Assembly (NCBI GenBank): GCA_963777085.1
Contig: CAVZPI010000033.1
Location: 6,633-70,632 of the forward strand
Length of the DNA stretch: 64,000 nucleotides
Reading direction: 5' to 3'
Origin: an uncultured Actinomycetes bacterium
Lineage (GTDB): Bacteria > Actinomycetota > Actinomycetes > S36-B12
Shown here: positions 1 through 11,608 of the stretch, one piece after another
Position numbering within the stretch: the first letter of the stretch is position 1
Layout: each line of letters opens with the position of its first letter
The notes under the pieces: model-generated
Database searches by the model: none
What the model saw: only the letters and a program-made list of their open reading frames with translations
What the model was told of the DNA's origin: nothing
Position numbers and translations under genes: made by a program

Positions 1-885
1 CTCGTCCCCGTCAGACGGGCCCTCGCGGGAGGCGACCTCTACGAGCAGGAGATCGAGGAGCTCGCCTGGCGGAACCTCCGCGAGTTCACGGGCGAGGAAC
101 TGTTCCTCGTTCGCAGGAATGCTGGGATTCCCGCGGGTGCAGTGGACATCGTCGCCCTCACACGGCAAGGCGAGGTCGCCGTGATCGCGGTGACTGTGGC
201 GTTGGATCGCGGCCTTCTGGCTGAGTGCCTCGAGTACGCGGGGTGGGCACGGGGTACGAGCCTCGACGAACTCGCGGGCCTCTATCTTGCGGGTGCGGCC
301 CAATTCTGGCGGGACTGGCGGACGTTCACCTGCTCGGCAAAGCCCGTGCGCATACAGCGCAGTCCGCTCGTCGTGATCATAGCTCGGCACGTGGATTCGC
401 GGATGCGCGCCGCAGTCACGTATCTCTCCGAGCACGGCGTCCCCTTGAGAATTGTGCGTGTCACGGTCTACGAGGGAGCCGGAGGTGTCCGCATGTTCGA
501 TGTTGAGGCGAGCGATGAACCATCGATCGCAGGTGCGGCGGCAGGGGCGTCGTCGGATGGCCTTCCGCCGTTGCGTGAAACCCCGCGCCGCGACAGCAGA
601 CGAGTTGGCCTACTGGATCTCCTTGAAGCCGGACTGATCGAGGTCGGCGCCGATCTCGTCTGGTCGCGACCGCGTGTGGGCCAGGAGTACGCGGCGCTGA
701 TCACGGCCGAGGGCCAGATCGCCCTTCCAGACGGCCGGGAGTTCACGACCCCGTCAGCCGCCGCAATGGCGGCGGCGAACCTGGCCTCCTGCGACGGCTG
801 GCATGCCTGGCGGGTTGGTTCTCCCGAGGGGCCTTACCTCAACGATCTGCGTGAGGCGCTCGGGCAGATGGCAGATCTCACGTGA
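1..885 (+). CDS. PD-(D/E)xK-like N-terminal domain plus C-terminal RAMA (modified-DNA reader) domain protein, 5'-truncated by window edge
   Basis: Frame is open from base 1 (LYEQEIEEL...VDIVAL); C-terminus LLDLLEAGLI...ITAEGQIALPDGREFTTPSAAA...DGWHAWRV resembles RAMA domains. Confidence 0.65.
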   Translation, partial: LVPVRRALAGGDLYEQEIEELAWRNLREFTGEELFLVRRNAGIPAGAVDIVALTRQGEVAVIAVTVALDRGLLAECLEYAGWARGTSLDELAGLYLAGAAQFWRDWRTFTCSAKPVRIQRSPLVVIIARHVDSRMRAAVTYLSEHGVPLRIVRVTVYEGAGGVRMFDVEASDEPSIAGAAAGASSDGLPPLRETPRRDSRRVGLLDLLEAGLIEVGADLVWSRPRVGQEYAALITAEGQIALPDGREFTTPSAAAMAAANLASCDGWHAWRVGSPEGPYLNDLREALGQMADLT

Positions 886-911
886 TCTGGGGAGCACGCC
901 GACGGGAGCGT

Positions 912-3308
912 CTAGCCGTGCCTGGTTCGGGAATTCCCCGACCTCGTGTGCTGTGAGTCGTCGTTCCACTTGCGTACCCAGCCCTCGACCTGATCGCTCG
1001 GCATGGGCGGGGACAAGTGGTAGCCCTGGAGGAGGTCGACACCCATCGCCACCACCTCGGCCATGACTGCGGCGTTCTCGACGCCCTCCGCGACGACGCG
1101 TAGGTCAAGAGCGTGAGCCATGTTGATCGTTGAGGAGACGATGAGGCGACTGCGATCGTCCGCGCACACCGTGGAGACGAACGAGCGGTCCATCTTCAAC
1201 TCGGTGACGGGAAGGTCGCGGAGGTAGGCCAGGGATGAGAAGCCCGTGCCGTAGTCGTCGATGGACGTCTTGAGGCCATGCCGCCGGATGTCGAGAAGGA
1301 CTTCGCGCGCGCGCTCGGGATCGGCGAGGAACGTGTCCTCCGTGACCTCGATGGTCAGCGAGTGGTGAGGTATCTGGGCCTGGGCCAGGGCGTCATAGAT
1401 GACGGGTGTCATCTGCCCGCTGAGGAGTTCGGTGGGAGCCAGGTTGATGGCGATGTTCAGGTCGAGCCCGTTGCGGCGCCAGCGAAGCGCGTCCGAGATG
1501 GCCGTGCGGGCGACGACCTCTGACAGGGTCTGCATGAGACCTGCGCGCCGGGCCACCGACAGGAAGGCCATCGGCGGGATCATTCCGCGCTCCGGGTGAT
1601 CCCAGCGGACGAGGGCCTCGAGGCCGTTCACAAACTGCGTGACCGCGTCGATCTTGGGTTGGTACCAGACCACGACGTGGCCCTTTTCGAGCCCACGCCT
1701 GAGTTCCTCACCCATGCGCAGTCGCTGCCTTGAGAACTCGTCGCGCTCGGCGTCGTACAACTGAGCTCCGGCGCGTGTCACCTTTGCCTCGTACATGGCC
1801 ACGTCTGCACGACGCAGGAGGTCAGACGCCTTGGTATCGCCTGGTTCCCGGACGGTGATGCCGAGCGAGGCATGCATGGCAAGGTCCATGCCGTCGACCT
1901 TTGCCGGTGCCATGAGGGTCTGACGGATGGCCTGCGCCTGCTCGATAAGCTCCAGAGTGTTGTCGGACCTGGCCAGGATGGCGAACTCGTCGCCGCCGAT
2001 CCGAGCGAGCGTGACGTCGCTCGGCAGCGAATCTCGCATTCGCAGGGCGACGAGTTCCAGGAGGGTGTCGCCTGCGCTGTGTCCCAGCGTGTCGTTGACA
2101 TCCTTGAAGCCGTCAAGGTCGAGGAGCATGAGGCCCAACGGATCCCCTCCGGCGAGAGCCTCGTCCAGCTGCCGCAAGACGGCACGGCGGTTCGGCAGTC
2201 CTGTGAGGTCGTCGGTCTGTGCCAGATGGAAGGCCTCGCCTGCGACTCGGGATTCCCTGAGGGCGATCATCAAGCGTGCGCCGGTGGCGATCAGCGTTAT
2301 GGCCGCCGGCACTGCCAGAGCGAAGCCGAGCGCACCGGCGGGACGGAAGATGAGCAGGGTGAGCGAGACCATGAAGGAAGCGACGAGGAATGCGGCGGGA
2401 AGGCGTCGGGAGACACTGACCATAGGGGGATGCGGGATGCAGCCCGCATCCACGATCAGCATGAAGGACACGCCGTACATGGTCGACAGGATTGTGTTGA
2501 TGGCGTAGGTGCCGCCCGACAGATTAAGGACGAGGCTCGAGTCGGTTACTGCCATCAGGACGAAGCCGAGGATGAGTTGGACGGTCTCGCGAGACCAGGC
2601 GCGCGATGAAAGCGCCCACTGCCCGACGACGACCAGCGCGAGGACGAGGTCGATCAACGGGTAGAGCAGCGCGACGAGCAGCGGGATCCCGCCCTCGGGG
2701 AATACCTGGACGAACGGGGTGAGAAGGATTGCGCCGACGATGGCGCCTGCGCCACCGCAAATGATGGCTGCGTCGAGCCATGCCGTTGTCGCCCGGCCCC
2801 GTCGGCCACCCACGTCGAAGATCAGGAAGCCGGCCAGGCCGGCGTAGGACGACAGGAAGAGCCACTCGCCGGGAGCGGGGAAGGCCGTGGTCGAGGCTTC
2901 GGGGCTGGCGTTCAGGGCTGCGGAACCTACGGCCCATAGCGCCACGCCGAGTGCAAGCGGAATGAGCGCCGTGCGTCGCGACGGGCGGATGACCGCGGCG
3001 AGCGCCGCACGCAGGATCGCGAGGCCGAAGAACAGGGAGATCGCCAGCAGGACGACCGACTGCTCGACCTGCTCGTTCGACTGAGGCTTGGTCATCACGC
3101 CGGCGACTGATGTCGCAAGGATCACGACCCATCCGATGGGGCCGAGCGCCTTCACGACACGCTCGCCGACTAGCGACAGGCTGGGTCGCGTGATGTCCAA
3201 TACGTGACTCCCTCCTGCGACCCCCATGTCCCCCGAGAAGGGTACAAGGGAAAAGGCAATTCGGACGTTTGCACGCGCGTCGTGGTGACTAGATTCCGAT
3301 TTCGCCAC
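912..3308 (-). CDS. Membrane-bound diguanylate cyclase/phosphodiesterase (GGDEF-EAL); true start probably near 3200
   Basis: Multi-TM N-terminus, [16 protein letters not shown] and DDYGTG motifs. Confidence 0.93.
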   Translation of the reverse strand: MAKSESSHHDARANVRIAFSLVPFSGDMGVAGGSHVLDITRPSLSLVGERVVKALGPIGWVVILATSVAGVMTKPQSNEQVEQSVVLLAISLFFGLAILRAALAAVIRPSRRTALIPLALGVALWAVGSAALNASPEASTTAFPAPGEWLFLSSYAGLAGFLIFDVGGRRGRATTAWLDAAIICGGAGAIVGAILLTPFVQVFPEGGIPLLVALLYPLIDLVLALVVVGQWALSSRAWSRETVQLILGFVLMAVTDSSLVLNLSGGTYAINTILSTMYGVSFMLIVDAGCIPHPPMVSVSRRLPAAFLVASFMVSLTLLIFRPAGALGFALAVPAAITLIATGARLMIALRESRVAGEAFHLAQTDDLTGLPNRRAVLRQLDEALAGGDPLGLMLLDLDGFKDVNDTLGHSAGDTLLELVALRMRDSLPSDVTLARIGGDEFAILARSDNTLELIEQAQAIRQTLMAPAKVDGMDLAMHASLGITVREPGDTKASDLLRRADVAMYEAKVTRAGAQLYDAERDEFSRQRLRMGEELRRGLEKGHVVVWYQPKIDAVTQFVNGLEALVRWDHPERGMIPPMAFLSVARRAGLMQTLSEVVARTAISDALRWRRNGLDLNIAINLAPTELLSGQMTPVIYDALAQAQIPHHSLTIEVTEDTFLADPERAREVLLDIRRHGLKTSIDDYGTGFSSLAYLRDLPVTELKMDRSFVSTVCADDRSRLIVSSTINMAHALDLRVVAEGVENAAVMAEVVAMGVDLLQGYHLSPPMPSDQVEGWVRKWNDDSQHTRSGNSRTRHG

Positions 3309-4143
3309 GGACCGCGTACAGCTCCGGGAAGAAGGTCAGTTCGAGGGCCTTCCGCAGGAACGGGACGCCGCTCGAGCCGCCCGTGCCGCTCTTGGAGCCG
3401 ATGATGCGCTCGACGGTCTTCAGGTGCCGGAAGCGCCAGAGCTGGAAGTTGTCCTCGACATCGACCAGCGCCTCGCAGGCCTCGTACTCCTGCCAGTAGG
3501 CGTGCGAATCCTGGTAGATCCGGGCGAATGCCGGCACGAGGTCAGGCTGCAGGGTCCACGCCCGGGTCACGTCCCGTGCCAGGACATGCGCGGGGATGTC
3601 GTGGCCCCGGCGGGCGATGAAGCGCAGGAACTCCTCGTAGAGGCTGGGCTCCTCGAGGAGCACGGTGAGGAGCCCGTGCACCTGCGGGTCGTGGTCGAAG
3701 ACCTGGAGCATGTCGGCGTTCTTGTTGCCGAGGATGAATTCGATGGCGCGGTACTGCCACGACTGGAAGCCCGAGGAACTCTGCAGGAACGACCGGAACT
3801 CGGCGTACTCGCTGGGCGTGAGGGTCGTGAGCACTCCCCACTGCTCGATGAGGGTGTGCTGGATGTGCTTGACCCGGGCCAGGCACTTCAGGGCCGGGGC
3901 GAGGTCATCGGCCCGCAGGAGTCGGCGGGTGGCCCGAAGCTCGTGCAGCATCAGCTTGAGCCAGAGCTCGGAGGTCTGGTGCTGGACGATGAACAGCAGC
4001 TCATCGTGTCGCGGCGGATCGCTCAGCGGCTGCTGGGCCGACAGCACGAGGTCCAGGCGGAGGTAGTCGCCGTAGGACATGGCCTGCCGGAAGTCCCGTC
4101 GTACCGTGGCCTCGAGGTCCCGCGTGTTCCCGCTGTCCGTCAT
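3289..4143 (-). CDS. kynA: Tryptophan 2,3-dioxygenase
   Basis: [35 protein letters not shown] motifs. Confidence 0.96.
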   Translation of the reverse strand: MTDSGNTRDLEATVRRDFRQAMSYGDYLRLDLVLSAQQPLSDPPRHDELLFIVQHQTSELWLKLMLHELRATRRLLRADDLAPALKCLARVKHIQHTLIEQWGVLTTLTPSEYAEFRSFLQSSSGFQSWQYRAIEFILGNKNADMLQVFDHDPQVHGLLTVLLEEPSLYEEFLRFIARRGHDIPAHVLARDVTRAWTLQPDLVPAFARIYQDSHAYWQEYEACEALVDVEDNFQLWRFRHLKTVERIIGSKSGTGGSSGVPFLRKALELTFFPELYAVRGEIGI

Positions 4144-4259
4144 GCCGTCCTCCGACTCCCCAGAGCCCCGACGTTGCGGCCACCTGCGAACAGGCTACTG
4201 AGCGGGCACTCGTCGTGCAGGCTGTTCCCCTGCCGTGATCGGCCGAACGGCGGATCCGA

Positions 4260-6324
4260 TCAGACCGGGCCGGTGGAGGCCTCCTTGGCAGCCTGGAATC
4301 GTCCGACGATCACCGCGGCGGCGTAGAGCATCGCGGCCACGACGAGCAGCAGCTGGTAGCCGAGGATCAGCGAGAGGTACTCCAGGCAGCCGCCCACCAT
4401 GGCGCCGAACAGGTTGGCGGCGAAGGCCGCCGTGGGGTTCGCAGCAAGCTTGAAGCGGGAGGTGAAGAGCAGGTTCGCGAAGAAGATGGGCGCGAACGCG
4501 AGGATGACCGCCGCGACCAGGCGGAGCGGGACGGGCAGCCCCAGGAGCGCGGAGTTCGGCACGAGGAAGGCCACGCCGAGCGACGCGAACACGCAGGTGA
4601 TGATCAGCCCCCTGTGGATCCTGCGCCCGAAGCGCTGCGTGACCTCGATCGCGGCCAGTACCGCGAGGAGCACGCCGGTGAAGACCAGCGCGTTCACGAG
4701 CCAGGTCGTGCCGAAGAGAAGTGCGAACGTGGTGATCGACCGGGTCTCGAGCAGGAGGAAGGCCGCGCCCATGAAGAACAGGTCGCCGTAGCCGCGCATC
4801 GTCTTGAACGGGCCGCCGAATACGCGGATCCCGATGAGGGACACGCCCAGGATGAGGGCGATGACGATCAGGTACAGGGGCGGGATCGTGCGGTCCTTGA
4901 GGTACAGGAAGGGCCGGTCGTCGACGGCCGGAGCAGGGATGGCCTGGCCCTCGGCTGCGATGGACGCGCGGTTCCAGACGGCCCCCTCGGCGCAGACCGC
5001 GTTGTCCTGGTTCTTTCCGACTGTGATCGCCGCGAGGGACTGGCCCTGGAACTGGTCCAGGCAGGGGGCATGCCCGAAGACCTGGTCGACGGTGCCCGCC
5101 AGCCGGTTGATGAGCCAGGGCTCTCGGTAGTAGTTGTACATCGCGAACACGCCATCGTCCGACAGGTGGTCACGCGCCGTCTCGATCGACTGCTGGGTGA
5201 ACAGGTACGACTCGAGCCGCAGCTGGCTCGAGCCCGACACCAGGGTCAACGAGTCGGGCAGGGCGAACAGGATGAGGTCGTACGTGTCGTTGTTCCCGGA
5301 CAGGAACGCGCGGCCGTCGTTGATGTGGACGGTGACACGGGGATCGTCGTACGGGCGGTTCGGGTTGACCTGTTGGCCGATCTGCTGGATGCGCGGATCG
5401 ATCTCGACCGCGTCGACGTGCTTGGCGCCCTTCTCAAGGGCGAGCGCGACGTCGGTGCCGGTGCCAGCACCGACGATGAGCACGTTGTTCAGCGGGTTGG
5501 CCGAGGAGCGCTCGTAGGGCTTTCCGTAGACGGCCTCGACCTTGAGCCGCTCGTTGACGTCCATGACGTTCTGGTGCGGGATGCCGTTCACCTGCACGTG
5601 CACGAACTCCTGGGTCGTGCCCGCATTGAACGTCTCGGTGGTCACCTTGTAGTACGGGCGACCAGGAGACTCCGGAGCTCATCGACTCGAAGACGAGGGC
5701 GCCTATCACGACGAGCATCGCGATCCGCGAGACCCACGGCAGCGCGAATCCGTACAGGGCCCACAGGGCAACGAGGGTGACGACCGGCCACACCCAGGAT
5801 GGCGCCCTCAGGAACGAGACCAGGGTGTAGGCGAGGGTGCCGAGGATCGATCCGATGATGTCCCAGCGGTAGGCGTCCAGCGCCTGGAACTCGCGGAACG
5901 CGCGGCCGGTGATCTCCCCGAGGCCGGTCATCGTGATGGCGATCACGATGAAGACCAGCGGCAGGGTGACCCAGGACGGCAGTCCGGAGGGGGTGACCTC
6001 GGTGAAGAAGATGAGGTCCTTGCCGCCCACCTCGATGGTGGCCGGGAAGAAGGTGATGAACAGGACGATGATGAGCAGGCCGACCGGCACGTAGCGGCCC
6101 ATGTCGCGCTCGTAACGCGAGCGCAGGAAGCCCAGGCCGATGCCGAGGAACGAGGCCAGCAGGATCAGGTTGGAGAAGTAGGACAGGTGGATCAGGTTCG
6201 CCCCGCACCACCGGATGAGCGCCAGCTGGACGAAGAGCATGAGGGCGCTCGCCGCCATGAGCCGCCAGCGGCCCGTGAGGACTCGTGCGGGGGTCTGGGC
6301 GTCGCGCTGGGCCGTCGTGGTCAC
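4260..6324 (-). CDS. Membrane-embedded spermidine synthase-like SAM-fold protein, split by a +1 frameshift near 5657
   Basis: Removing one base joins the N-terminal TM ORF and the C-terminal ORF to read WSPYYKV; VLIVGAGTGTDV, VEIDP and NDGR motifs. Confidence 0.8.
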
Positions 6325-6433
6325 CGCGGAACCCTAGCAAGTGCCGGACCGAGGCGATGAGGGCCGCGGCACCAGTGCATCGGTGCCGCGGCCCTCATCG
6401 GTACGACTGTGCGGGGTCAGGGTCGATCGCGGG

Positions 6434-7078
6434 TCAGGCGGTCGGGGATGACGAGGCCCCGCGGGGGGTGTCGTCGTGGCTGTTCGAAGTGCCGTCTCCG
6501 TCCATGTCATGGTCCGCCCGGTTGGTCCTGCGGTCGCCGTCGATGTTCTTGTCGCTCGGGTTGGCGATCCCGTCGCCGTCGACGTCGAGCTCACTGGCGG
6601 AATCGTCGGACAGCCCGTCGCCGTCGATGTCGAGCTCGGTCGAACTGCTGTCGGCGATGCCGTCGCCGTCGATGTCGTGCTCGAGGGGACTGCTGTTCGG
6701 CAGGCCGTCGTCATCGACGTCGTCATCGACGTCATCGATCGAGTCGTCGATGCCGTCAGTGGAGTCCTCCACGTCGTCGCCATCGAGATCATCGTCGCTC
6801 GTGCCGGTGGTGCTGACGGAGGTGCCGGTCGAGTCGTCGACGCCGCTGTCCGAGTCGTCGACACCGTCATCCATGGAGTCGTCGATGCCGTCAGTGGAGT
6901 CGTCGATGCCGTCATCGTCGGAATCGTCGTCCGACGACTGCAGGATCGTCTGAGTCGTGCTTGAACTGGGCGAGTGGTCGCCCGCGGCGGCCAGGGGTGC
7001 GTTCACCAGGATGGTGGCGGCGATGGTTCCGGACACGGCAGCGATGCTCATCGCGGCCCTGAGTGTTGAGCGCTTCAT
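6434..7078 (-). CDS. Secreted Asp/Ser-rich protein with DxDGDG (thrombospondin type-3-like, putative Ca-binding) repeats
   Basis: Signal peptide, GGAGG SD, repeated DIDGDG/DVDGDG/DMDGDG and DSTDGIDDS. Confidence 0.75.
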   Translation of the reverse strand: MKRSTLRAAMSIAAVSGTIAATILVNAPLAAAGDHSPSSSTTQTILQSSDDDSDDDGIDDSTDGIDDSMDDGVDDSDSGVDDSTGTSVSTTGTSDDDLDGDDVEDSTDGIDDSIDDVDDDVDDDGLPNSSPLEHDIDGDGIADSSSTELDIDGDGLSDDSASELDVDGDGIANPSDKNIDGDRRTNRADHDMDGDGTSNSHDDTPRGASSSPTA

Positions 7079-7203
7079 GGTTTCCCCTCCACTGCCGGAC
7101 CGCGGGTGGTCGGGCGTGACACGAATCTAGGGACGACAAGGACAATTGGGCACCCAAGCAAGGTAATTCTTGGGTAAGGGCCGGTCAGGTGGAGCCAGGC
7201 TCG

Positions 7204-8670
7204 TCAGCGGACGCGGACGGTCGTCATCCCCGCGTTGAAGCCGGACTTCCTGGCGGTCGCCCTCACCCCACCACGCGATGTTGCGGTGATCGTGACCTTC
7301 CCGGCGCCGTTCGTCGTGCCGGAGCGAGAGCCGAACCGCACGGAGGCGCCGGCCACGGGGTCGCCGGCATCGGACACGGTGAAGGTCACGGCGCCCCCAC
7401 GATGGGCGGACGCCGGTCGGGCCTTCACCGAGAGGGTGCGCAGGGTCTGCGTGTGCCAGAAGTTGATCTTTCCGCCCGGTCCGCCGGCGTTGACGACGAC
7501 ATCGAGTGCGCCGTTGCCCGCGGCGGAGACCGTGTGCCACAGCGTGCCGGTGCCGCGCGGGGCGCCCCAGGATCCGACCGCACCGAAGGCCGACGCCGCC
7601 GTGTTGGTATGGGCCACCTTGAGCCGGTTGCTGATCACCCAGGACACCCACAGCCTCCCGCTGGCATCCGCGCTCAGGGAGATGGCCTTGGCGTCCTTGC
7701 TGCCTGGCACGTCAAGGGTGTTCGCGGTGCCGACCTGGAGCACGCGGATCCCGGTCACGGTCGGGTACCCGACCTTGTAGGCCACGTACACGCCGCCACC
7801 CGGCCGCGCGGCCATGGCGATGCGCTGCCCGGGATCGAGGGAGGACGCCGCGCCGTCGCGAAGGACGATCGAGCCCGGCGCCTGGCTGAAGGCCCCGGGG
7901 GAGGGAAGGATCTGACCGACCTGGATGCCCTGCTCGCTCGTCGCGTTGCTGTTGCTGTAGAACGCCGCGTAGACGGCACCCGTGCCGGCGTCCCTCGCTG
8001 CGGCAGCGCTGTACGCGCAGCAGCCCGCGAGCAGCATCCGCCCGTCGGAGCCGGCGGGCGCCGGGATCGTCGAGGCGACGCCCGAGTGCCAGGTGACCCC
8101 GGTCGTCGATCCGGGATTGCCCACCCACACGGGTGTTCCGGCGTTGTCGACGAGGTCGCTGCCGTAGGCGGCGTAGGCGCTCGAGGTCGCAGACAGCGAC
8201 CCGCTGCCCAAGGTCCAGGAGACTCCGTCGGGGGACGTCATGTAGTACTCGGAGCCGCCCGCGTACGGGTCGGCCGTGACAGTGGAGTGCAGGCCGCTGA
8301 AGGCGAGGAAGTGCTGCCCGCCCAGTGAGATCAGGCTGGGATTGCCGACCAGGCTCGACCAGCCGGAGATGATCGACGTCGACGGCGTGGTGACGTGGCC
8401 GGCGCCGTCGAGAAGGGCGGTGAAGTAGTTGACGCCCGCGGACTGGGTCGCTGCCGGCCAGACCACCTGCAGGGTGGAGCCGAATCGCGCCATCGTCGGC
8501 TGGTCCAGAAGGCTTGCCTCGGGGTAGCGATTGGCGTTGGTGAAGTTCGAGAGCTGCGTCCAGTCACCCGGACCGGCAAGCGCCGCCGGCGCCGTGGTTG
8601 CGGTGAGGCCCAGGGCCACCGCCCCGATCGTCGCGATCCGCCTGACCCGAAGTGCCCGCTGACCAGACAT
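7204..8670 (-). CDS. Secreted beta-rich hypothetical protein with probable C-terminal Ig-like domain
   Basis: ATG at 8670 with GGAGG SD, signal peptide ending APAALA, C-terminal VTFTVSDAGDPVAGASV...GTTNGAGKVT. Confidence 0.7.
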   Translation of the reverse strand: MSGQRALRVRRIATIGAVALGLTATTAPAALAGPGDWTQLSNFTNANRYPEASLLDQPTMARFGSTLQVVWPAATQSAGVNYFTALLDGAGHVTTPSTSIISGWSSLVGNPSLISLGGQHFLAFSGLHSTVTADPYAGGSEYYMTSPDGVSWTLGSGSLSATSSAYAAYGSDLVDNAGTPVWVGNPGSTTGVTWHSGVASTIPAPAGSDGRMLLAGCCAYSAAAARDAGTGAVYAAFYSNSNATSEQGIQVGQILPSPGAFSQAPGSIVLRDGAASSLDPGQRIAMAARPGGGVYVAYKVGYPTVTGIRVLQVGTANTLDVPGSKDAKAISLSADASGRLWVSWVISNRLKVAHTNTAASAFGAVGSWGAPRGTGTLWHTVSAAGNGALDVVVNAGGPGGKINFWHTQTLRTLSVKARPASAHRGGAVTFTVSDAGDPVAGASVRFGSRSGTTNGAGKVTITATSRGGVRATARKSGFNAGMTTVRVR

Positions 8671-8713
8671 GCCGTCCTCCTGCCATCGACGAACCTGCAT
8701 CGACGGTAGCGGA

Positions 8714-10883
8714 CTATCCCGGGATGAACCGGGGATTCGCGATCATGATCTGCGCGTTCGGGTCTGCAACGGCAGGGGCTGGCCACGCCGAGGTGCACCA
8801 CGCCGAGCTCGTCGGGGACGGTGGAGAGCGGAACGCGCACCGTGGTCGGCACGCCCGGAGGCAGTTGCGCGGCGACCACCTCGTCCGCCGTCGCCGCCGT
8901 GAGCGCCGGGGTGCCGGCGCATCCGCTGGACGTGGCCTCGAACTCGATCCGCCCGACCCTGGGAGTGCCGCCCGGATTGACGACGAAGAGGGCTCCGTCG
9001 GTGCCCCCGAGCTCGGCCGACGTGCGCGCACCGGCCGACGCGGCGGAGGTCATGCCGAAGCCTGCGGTGACCAGCACCGGATGCCTCATGTACTCCGCGG
9101 TGAAGGGGCCGACGGTGCCCGCGTCGAGGGAGTACGTCTGCCAGCGTCCGGTGGACGAGCTGGCGACCGGGTCGCCGAGCGTGGCGCGCAGGGTGCCTGC
9201 GGGGGAGTCGCCGCGGACGAAGGCCTTGGTGTCCAGCTGGATGGCGCAGAAACCGGCCGCCTTGGCCTGCGAGATGAGCGTGGCGGTGTCGCCGGACAGG
9301 CTGGACAGCTGCCAGTCCCCGGCTGGCGTGCCCTTGATGCCCCCATAGCTCCACCTCGGGACCGACGAGAAGAGATAGGGCAGCAGGGGGTCGTACGTCG
9401 AGGTGCCGTCGAGGGGGACGCCCTCGGGGAACGAGTAGGCGGGCAGTTCGAAGACGCCGCATCCGTGGGGCAGCGCCGCGTCCAGGCGGGCTCCGTAGGC
9501 GCGCAGCTCGTCCGCTGCGGCGACGGCCCGGGCCGTGTCGACCGGGGCAGGCAGGCTCAGCAGGTCGACGGCGGTGATGAGCAGGACCAGCGTGGTCGCG
9601 GCCGCCTGGACCAACGTCGGGCGGCGGGATCGTGACATCCAGTGTGCGAGGACCAGCCCGAGGATGGCGTACGCGATGGCGATGATGACGATGGCCAGGC
9701 GCCCCCAGGACCGGATCTGGAACAGCAGGAAGACGGAGAAGGCCTGGCCGAACCCCGCGACGACGAAGAACAGCACGCTCGTCATGAACAGCCAGGGCCA
9801 GTAGCCGAGCGCTTCGACGACCCGCGGTCGCCTCGTCATCCCGTTGCCCATCAGCAGCATGCCCGACACGACGAAGGCGACGATGACCGCGACGAGCCCC
9901 ACGGTCGAGTTGGCCGCGTCCGACTCGAGGGGGCTGGCCGTGGTGGCCACCAGGCTCAGGCCCGGGATCGGGAACGCCTCGCTCCAGGGCACGGCCGTGC
10001 GCAGCAGCGTGAACAGCGCCCCCGCGTAGAGCTGGGACTCCTCGGCGGTGCGTGAGAAGGCACCCCCGGTGGGTGCGTCTCCCACGGCGAGCAGCCGGTA
10101 GGCGTAGGCGGCGAACTGGGTCACGACGAGGGGGAGCAGCCCGAGCCAGGCCGCCGCGATGAGCGATCGCCCACGGCGGCCGAGCAGGACCTGGAAGGCG
10201 AGCGCCGTCAGCGCCAGGATCGTGACGAAGACGGCGTAGTAGGCGCCGGCCAGCCCCACGTAGCAGGCCAGCGCTAAGGCGATGACCAGGTCACGAGGAC
10301 GCCCGCGATCCGGTCCGCTCAACGCGACGTTCCAGGACAGGACGGCGACCACGAGGATCAGGCCAAGCAGCACGGACGAGTAGTTCGAGAGGAAGGTGTG
10401 CGCGAACCGGTCGAAGTGCCAGGGCACGAGGGCCAGCGAGACGGCCAGGGCGAAGGAGAGCGCGATCGGGATGCGGAGCACGCGGAAGAGGGCATAGCCG
10501 GATGCCGCGACGAAGGCGAAGCCCAGGATGAAGAAGGAGTTCGTCGCGATGGTCGGGCTGCCGGTGGTGACGGCCAGGGCCTTGAGCACGAGCAGGTGCA
10601 CGATGTCGGGGGTGGGGAAGCCGGCGAGGTCCTGGGTGAACGGGAAGCCGAGAGCGTCGTTCGGGGTGACCCAGGCCTGGGTGCCCAGCGTCCGCGCCGC
10701 CGCGTAGACGGTCGTGGCGTCCCAGTACCCCCACAGGCCGTCCAGCGACGCAGGCGCGCCGACCTTCCACGCCGCCGCGAATGCGCTCACGAGCGCCGCC
10801 AGCGCCCCCCACAGGACCTCGCGTGCCATGCGCATGGGACGTGCGGACGAGGCAGCGCGCGACGCCGACTCGCCGGTGTCCAT
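8714..10883 (-). CDS. Polytopic membrane protein, YfhO/GT-C-like; probable +1 frameshift near 8777
   Basis: About 12 TM segments, N-x-x-LGFPF, IRSWGR, FPE, WSYGGIKG; removing one C gives a stop at 8714 and removes the overlap with the next gene. Confidence 0.65.
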
Positions 10884-10963
10884 CTCGCTCCTGCTCCTGG
10901 TGGCCGGGACTGCAGCGGAACGTACCAAACTCCCATCCTCGACCCGGATCCTGCGTCGCGCGG

Positions 10964-11608
10964 CTACGACACGAAGTCGGCCATTGCGAGGGTGCGGTCC
11001 GCCATCGCAGCCGCCTCGTCTGGATCATGCGTGACGTGGATCGCGGCCACGCCCTCGTGCCGCAGCATGGTCGCGACCTCCACGGCGAGCCGCTGGCGCA
11101 GCTCGCGATCGAGGGCGCTGAAGGGCTCGTCGAGCAGCAGGACCGCCGGGCGCGGCGCGAGCGCGCGGGCCAGGGCGACGCGCTGGGCCTGCCCCCCGCT
11201 GAGCTCCTCGACCGACCGTCTGGCATAGCCGTCGAGTCCCAGCCAGTCCAGCAGCTCGGTGGCGCGTGTCCGGGCGGCCTCGCGCGGCAGTCGCTGCCGG
11301 CGCAGGCCGTAGGCCACGTTGTCGATCACGTCGAGATGGGGGAAGAGCAGGGGTTCCTGGAAGATCAGCCCGATTCCCCGGCGATGGATGGGCAGGTCCG
11401 TGACGTCGAGGGCATCGACGAGCACGCGTCCGCCGATCGCCGGCACGACCCCGGCGATCGTGGACAGGAGGGTCGACTTGCCACTGCCGCTCGGACCGAG
11501 GATGGCGATGATCTCGGCCGGGGCCACGGTGACGTCGATGCCGGTGGCGAGGACCGCGGAGCCGTAGCCGACGGCCAGGCCGACCGTCTCGAGGCGGGGC
11601 GGGGTCAT
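10964..11608 (-). CDS. thiQ: Thiamine ABC transporter ATP-binding protein
   Basis: GPSGSGKS, LSGGQ, LLLDEPF; last gene of a TPP-riboswitch operon. Confidence 0.88.
   Translation of the reverse strand: MTPPRLETVGLAVGYGSAVLATGIDVTVAPAEIIAILGPSGSGKSTLLSTIAGVVPAIGGRVLVDALDVTDLPIHRRGIGLIFQEPLLFPHLDVIDNVAYGLRRQRLPREAARTRATELLDWLGLDGYARRSVEELSGGQAQRVALARALAPRPAVLLLDEPFSALDRELRQRLAVEVATMLRHEGVAAIHVTHDPDEAAAMADRTLAMADFVS

Noticed and set aside
6440..6940. CRISPR-like or non-coding repeat array
   Set aside because: Repeats are in-frame Asp-rich codon repeats without a constant repeat-spacer period; no cas genes
8331..8713. Large overlap between the membrane-protein ORF and the secreted-protein gene
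   Set aside because: Disappears when one C near 8777 is removed, giving a stop at 8714
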